A model generated the notes under the pieces. It saw nothing but the letters and a program-made list of their open reading frames with translations, was not told the origin of the DNA and made no database searches. A stretch of 40,541 nucleotides of DNA from Octopus bimaculoides. Its lineage: Eukaryota. The stretch is from the NCBI RefSeq assembly GCF_001194135.2, contig NC_068993.1:25170293-25210833 (forward strand), read 5' to 3'. Below, piece by piece: positions 37,441 to 40,541 of the stretch (position 1 is its first letter; the number at the start of each line of letters is the position of its first letter). The translations under genes and the position numbers were made by a program.

Positions 37441-38520
37441 CATGACACAATTCACTCTGCCAGAAATTTGGAAACAACATGCTGTATTGCTTGGCATTTG
37501 CACTGGAAGCTCCAATACGAACATTTCAGAGTGTTTGGGTGTCAATCAGAAGACAGTGCAGAGGGTTCAGAAAGAGTTGGATGAGTTTAATGGTGATTAC
37601 AAAAGTACAGCAGCTCGTAAAACTCAATCTGATCATTTTGATTGGAAAAGAACTCCTGAATTTGTTGTTGATATCCAGGCCAAGATTGATAACAATCTCT
37701 CCAAGTCAATCAGGTCCATTGCCAGGAACATAGTGTCTGAGTTTCTCATCAGGATGTAGTACATGAAGACATTAGGTATTCCTCATACAAGATAAGAAGG
37801 GCCAATTTTTATCCTAAGCCATCAAGGACAAGAGGAAAGACTGTGCTACAAAGCTTTTGAACAAACTCAAGCATTCCCTCCAACTGAACATGCTTTGGCT
37901 TTTCTCAAATGAGAAAAATTTCTGCCAGTTGGCTTGCTGTCCCCAAAATATGTACCGAGAGTGATAAAAATCAAACATCCAGTTGACATCATGGTATTTG
38001 GAATGGTCACTAGTGATGGTGACATTGTGCTTCCATTCATCTTCCCACACAACCTCACACTCAACACAGAAGCCTATATCAAGTGCCCGGAGCAGGTAGT
38101 GCTGTCCTGAGTCAAGAGGGTGGCTGCTGAAAGACCCTATGTCTAGTAACAGGACTCAGCACCATGCCACACAAGCAGGAGACCCCAGTCATGGCTTTCA
38201 GACAATTTCTGCGACCACACTACCTGGCTACCTAACTCCCCAGACTGTAACTCCCTTAATTATTATGTGTGGGGTGCAGTTGAGTGAGTGACCAACAAAA
38301 CTCTTTGTAACACCAAAGATGAACTGAAGGTAAGGATTATGGCAGCATTCACCAACTTAAACAAGGAGACTATCCAGAAGAGTTGCAGGAGATTCAGAAG
38401 TCATCTGGCAGCCATGGTTGAAGCCAATGGCGATTTTATTGAATAAATTTACTCTTTAGTATTTCAAGATATTTTGATGTAATTTTGGTAAATATATCTG
38501 TTAAAATACCCGAGATGTCA
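37441..38520 (+). mobile_element. Decayed Tc1/mariner (maT/DD37D-like) element lacking intact TIRs
   Basis: HTH-like N-terminus (ORF 37442-37759); MVFGMVTSDGDIVLPFIF; ERPYV*(x)QDSAPCH; LPNSPDCNSLNYYVWG. Confidence 0.82.
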
Positions 38521-38916
38521 GGTATAGGTTTTTATTTAAAACACTGCCTGAATTTACCTGAGATTTTAACTAAAAACCTGCACCTTCATAGAAGTACCAA
38601 TCAACATCCATATCCTCTGGATAAAAGATGAGTTGTAAACATTATTCTCCTGCCTGTATTCTTCTAACTACTTTTACTCTTTATTATTTTATTTTACTCC
38701 TTTATTATTCTATTTTATTCGTTGTAAACTGTAAATTTTCCCCGTCTAAAATATTCATACCTTGTCTTTGATGACAGAATACCCAGTGCATGGACATGCT
38801 AACCTACCACTGGGGTTATCCCAGAAATGGGTGTAAGACTTCAAATTTACCTTATCCTAACTAAATTATTCTAAATGACTTGAGACACTTGTTCTGCCTT
38901 AGTTTTGATTTTTCCT

Positions 38917-38977
38917 AACCCATGCTAGCATGGAAAGCGGACGTTAAACGATGATGATGATGATATATATATATATA
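38917..38977 (+). mobile_element. 61-bp RTE 3' terminus including (GAT)n(AT)n tail
   Basis: aacccatgctagcatggaaagcggacgttaaacgatgat..., flanked by TTCCT at 38912-16 and 38978-82 (candidate TSD). Confidence 0.75.
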
Positions 38978-39236
38978 TTCCTGTGTACTCTAGTATAATA
39001 TGCTACTGCGTATATAATTCCTTTCTAGTCTTTTACACAACTATCATTGTATATATCTTTTTAAGCTTTTATGCAGCTACTCTTTGTATGAACAGTATAT
39101 TCCTTTGCAGTCTGTTATACAGCTGTCAGTGATTATATATCTTTCTTGGTAGTCTGTTACACTACTGTCAACCACTTATTGTGCATTACTTTGTAACTAG
39201 CCCTATCAATATCTTTGTATGTCTCTTCCTTTCCAG

Positions 39237-39486
39237 GCTGTTATACCACTTCCACTTTATGTGTCAATAGAGATTGTGAAGCTGGGTCATGTGTTCTTCA
39301 TCAATCAGGACTTAAATTTATACCATGAAGGAACAGGAAAACCATTTGAATGCCGAGCACTGAATATTGCTGAGGATCTTGGACAAGTAGACTACATATT
39401 TTCTGATAAGACTGGAACTCTGACAGAGAATAAAATGGTATTTATGTGCTGCTCAATCGGAGGAGTTGATTTCCCCCACAAACCCA
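39237..39486 (+). CDS. ATP10: ATP10-like exon, TM4 and P-domain phosphorylation site
   Basis: cttcctttccag| acceptor and |gtaagt donor; 250 nt; DKTGTLT at 39405-39425. Confidence 0.97.
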
Positions 39487-39613
39487 GTAAGTTACTATTT
39501 TCCATGAAGTTTTGGTGAAAAAGTTGCTTTAAAATTTAAGGGTGAATTCCTATTAAATTCACCCTTGAATAAGATTGGTACTAAATAAAGTACTTTTGTT
39601 TTCACTTTCTCAG

Positions 39614-39681
39614 TTGAAGAAAACCTGGATATTGAAGATCATGCTAGACAATCTTTTTCAAATATGAGTCGCACCAGCTCA
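39614..39681 (+). CDS. ATP10: Small ATP10-like exon (I-EENLDIEDHARQSFSNMSRTSS), variable N-domain insertion
   Basis: ttcactttctcag| acceptor, |gtaagt donor and an open frame in the phase left by the previous exon (68 nt, phase 1/0). The peptide carries no recognisable motif, so support comes from splice signals only. Confidence 0.72.
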
Positions 39682-39773
39682 GTAAGTATTTATTGATTCA
39701 TATATATTGCAAACTGAAAAATAGCATCATTGGTCCAGGTTTCTTATGGACCAATATTATACTGAAGTGTATA

Positions 39774-40161
39774 TCTATATATATATATAAAAATGAGAAT
39801 GTGTGTCTGTCTGTCTGTCTGTGTGAATCCCTAAAACTCGAGAACTACACAACCAATTTCATTCAAATTTTACACATGCCTTACTTAGGGTTCCAGTTGT
39901 GTTTTAGTCAAAAAATTTTTTTAACTTTTTGAAGAGTTCGAGCACACGGCAACATAATATCTCCTCCATTATTTAAGTATTACGTGTCAAAAGTGAAACA
40001 AAAACACTCATGTCAAATACTTTCACTTTATAAATGAAACTATTCCACTAACTGAAACAATCACATTTCGAAACTGTAATGACAGATACTTTCACAGAGA
40101 GAGAAAGAGAGAGACAGAAAGACAGAGAGAGAGAGATGTATATGTATACATATAGATGTAT

Positions 40162-40196
<35 letters not shown>

Positions 40197-40244
40197 TGTA
40201 TACATATAGATGTATATGTACACGTATATGTATATATATATATA
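39774..40244 (+). mobile_element. 5' part of a non-autonomous Helitron with internal (GTCT)n, (AG)n and (AT)n
   Basis: A|TCTATATATATATATAAAAATGAGAATGTGTGTCTGTCTG start, parallel to the 21423 element. The 3' end is displaced by the next element. Confidence 0.68.
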
Positions 40245-40541
40245 CTAGCAGAAATACCCGGCGTTGCCCGGGTTAAAGAGAATAATGAAATCTAAAAACG
40301 CCGTCTAGACTACGCAACCCTCAACTGTTAGTAGCTACGATACCATATTTCTACATTAATAACTCTCCAATCTATGCCAGCATGGAACATAGATATTAAG
40401 TGGAATGCTAGAAGAAAGTTTTCAACTCATATGTATATAAAGTAAATACACGTAATTCAGAAACACGTTTTGTGTATTTTATTTCATAACCAAACAAACA
40501 GGTACAGATTATAAATAATGAAAGGCCAATTTTGGTGATTC
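40245..40541 (-). mobile_element. 3' end of a minus-strand Helitron running off the window
   Basis: Minus strand reads ACCCGGGCAACGCCGGGT (hairpin) ATTTCTG CTAG|T. Confidence 0.8.

Larger units (their letters stand above)
5231..39681 (+). other. ATP10: Span of the visible part of a class V P4-ATPase (ATP10-like phospholipid/glycolipid flippase) gene; 6 exons, incomplete at both ends
   Basis: Six GT-AG exons with compatible phases (0/2, 2/1, 1/1, 1/0, 0/1, 1/0) splice to [98 protein letters not shown]...[22 protein letters not shown]...[30 protein letters not shown]. [13 protein letters not shown] and RALNIxEDLGQ are ATP10-class hallmarks (established knowledge). The A/B/D paralogue cannot be assigned. 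Confidence 0.93.

Noticed and set aside
38520-38585. 13/15 inverted repeat (aggtataggttttta / taaaaacctgcacct) at the truncated end of the maT-like element
   Set aside because: Short and AT-rich, with no TSD or family evidence.

Overview
AT-rich, gap-containing (N runs) eukaryotic genomic DNA. The SINE/LINE content looks like a coleoid cephalopod, probably Octopus; that is recognition from memory, not a database check. The only host gene is an internal part of a + strand class V P4-ATPase (ATP10A/B/D-like lipid flippase). It has six GT-AG exons (5231-5313, 19485-19591, 25085-25216, 32858-32988, 39237-39486, 39614-39681) whose phases chain into one open frame of about 257 aa, running from the A-domain through TM3/TM4 to the DKTGTLT phosphorylation motif. 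The gene begins and ends outside the window. The introns are layered transposon deposits: two Penelope-like retroelements of different types, a TIR/TSD-bounded Chapaev3-like CMC transposon, piggyBac, mariner and maT-like remnants, a foldback/MULE-like element with long TIRs, three Helitron-type elements, RTE LINE fragments, an R4/Dong-like LINE and several tRNA-derived SINEs, often nested. Most notable: (1) the universal TM4 PISL motif reads PLPL; (2) an inverted Penelope element whose tail carries a tRNA-like Pol III module, a (TAA)n run occupied by an R4/Dong-like LINE, and a probable broken hammerhead; (3) an arrayed GCCAGT-N8-ACTGGC hairpin module with a compensatory change in RTE 3' UTRs. 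There is no evidence for prokaryotic-type systems, and most entries in the ORF track are transposon debris, low-complexity or N-gap artefacts.
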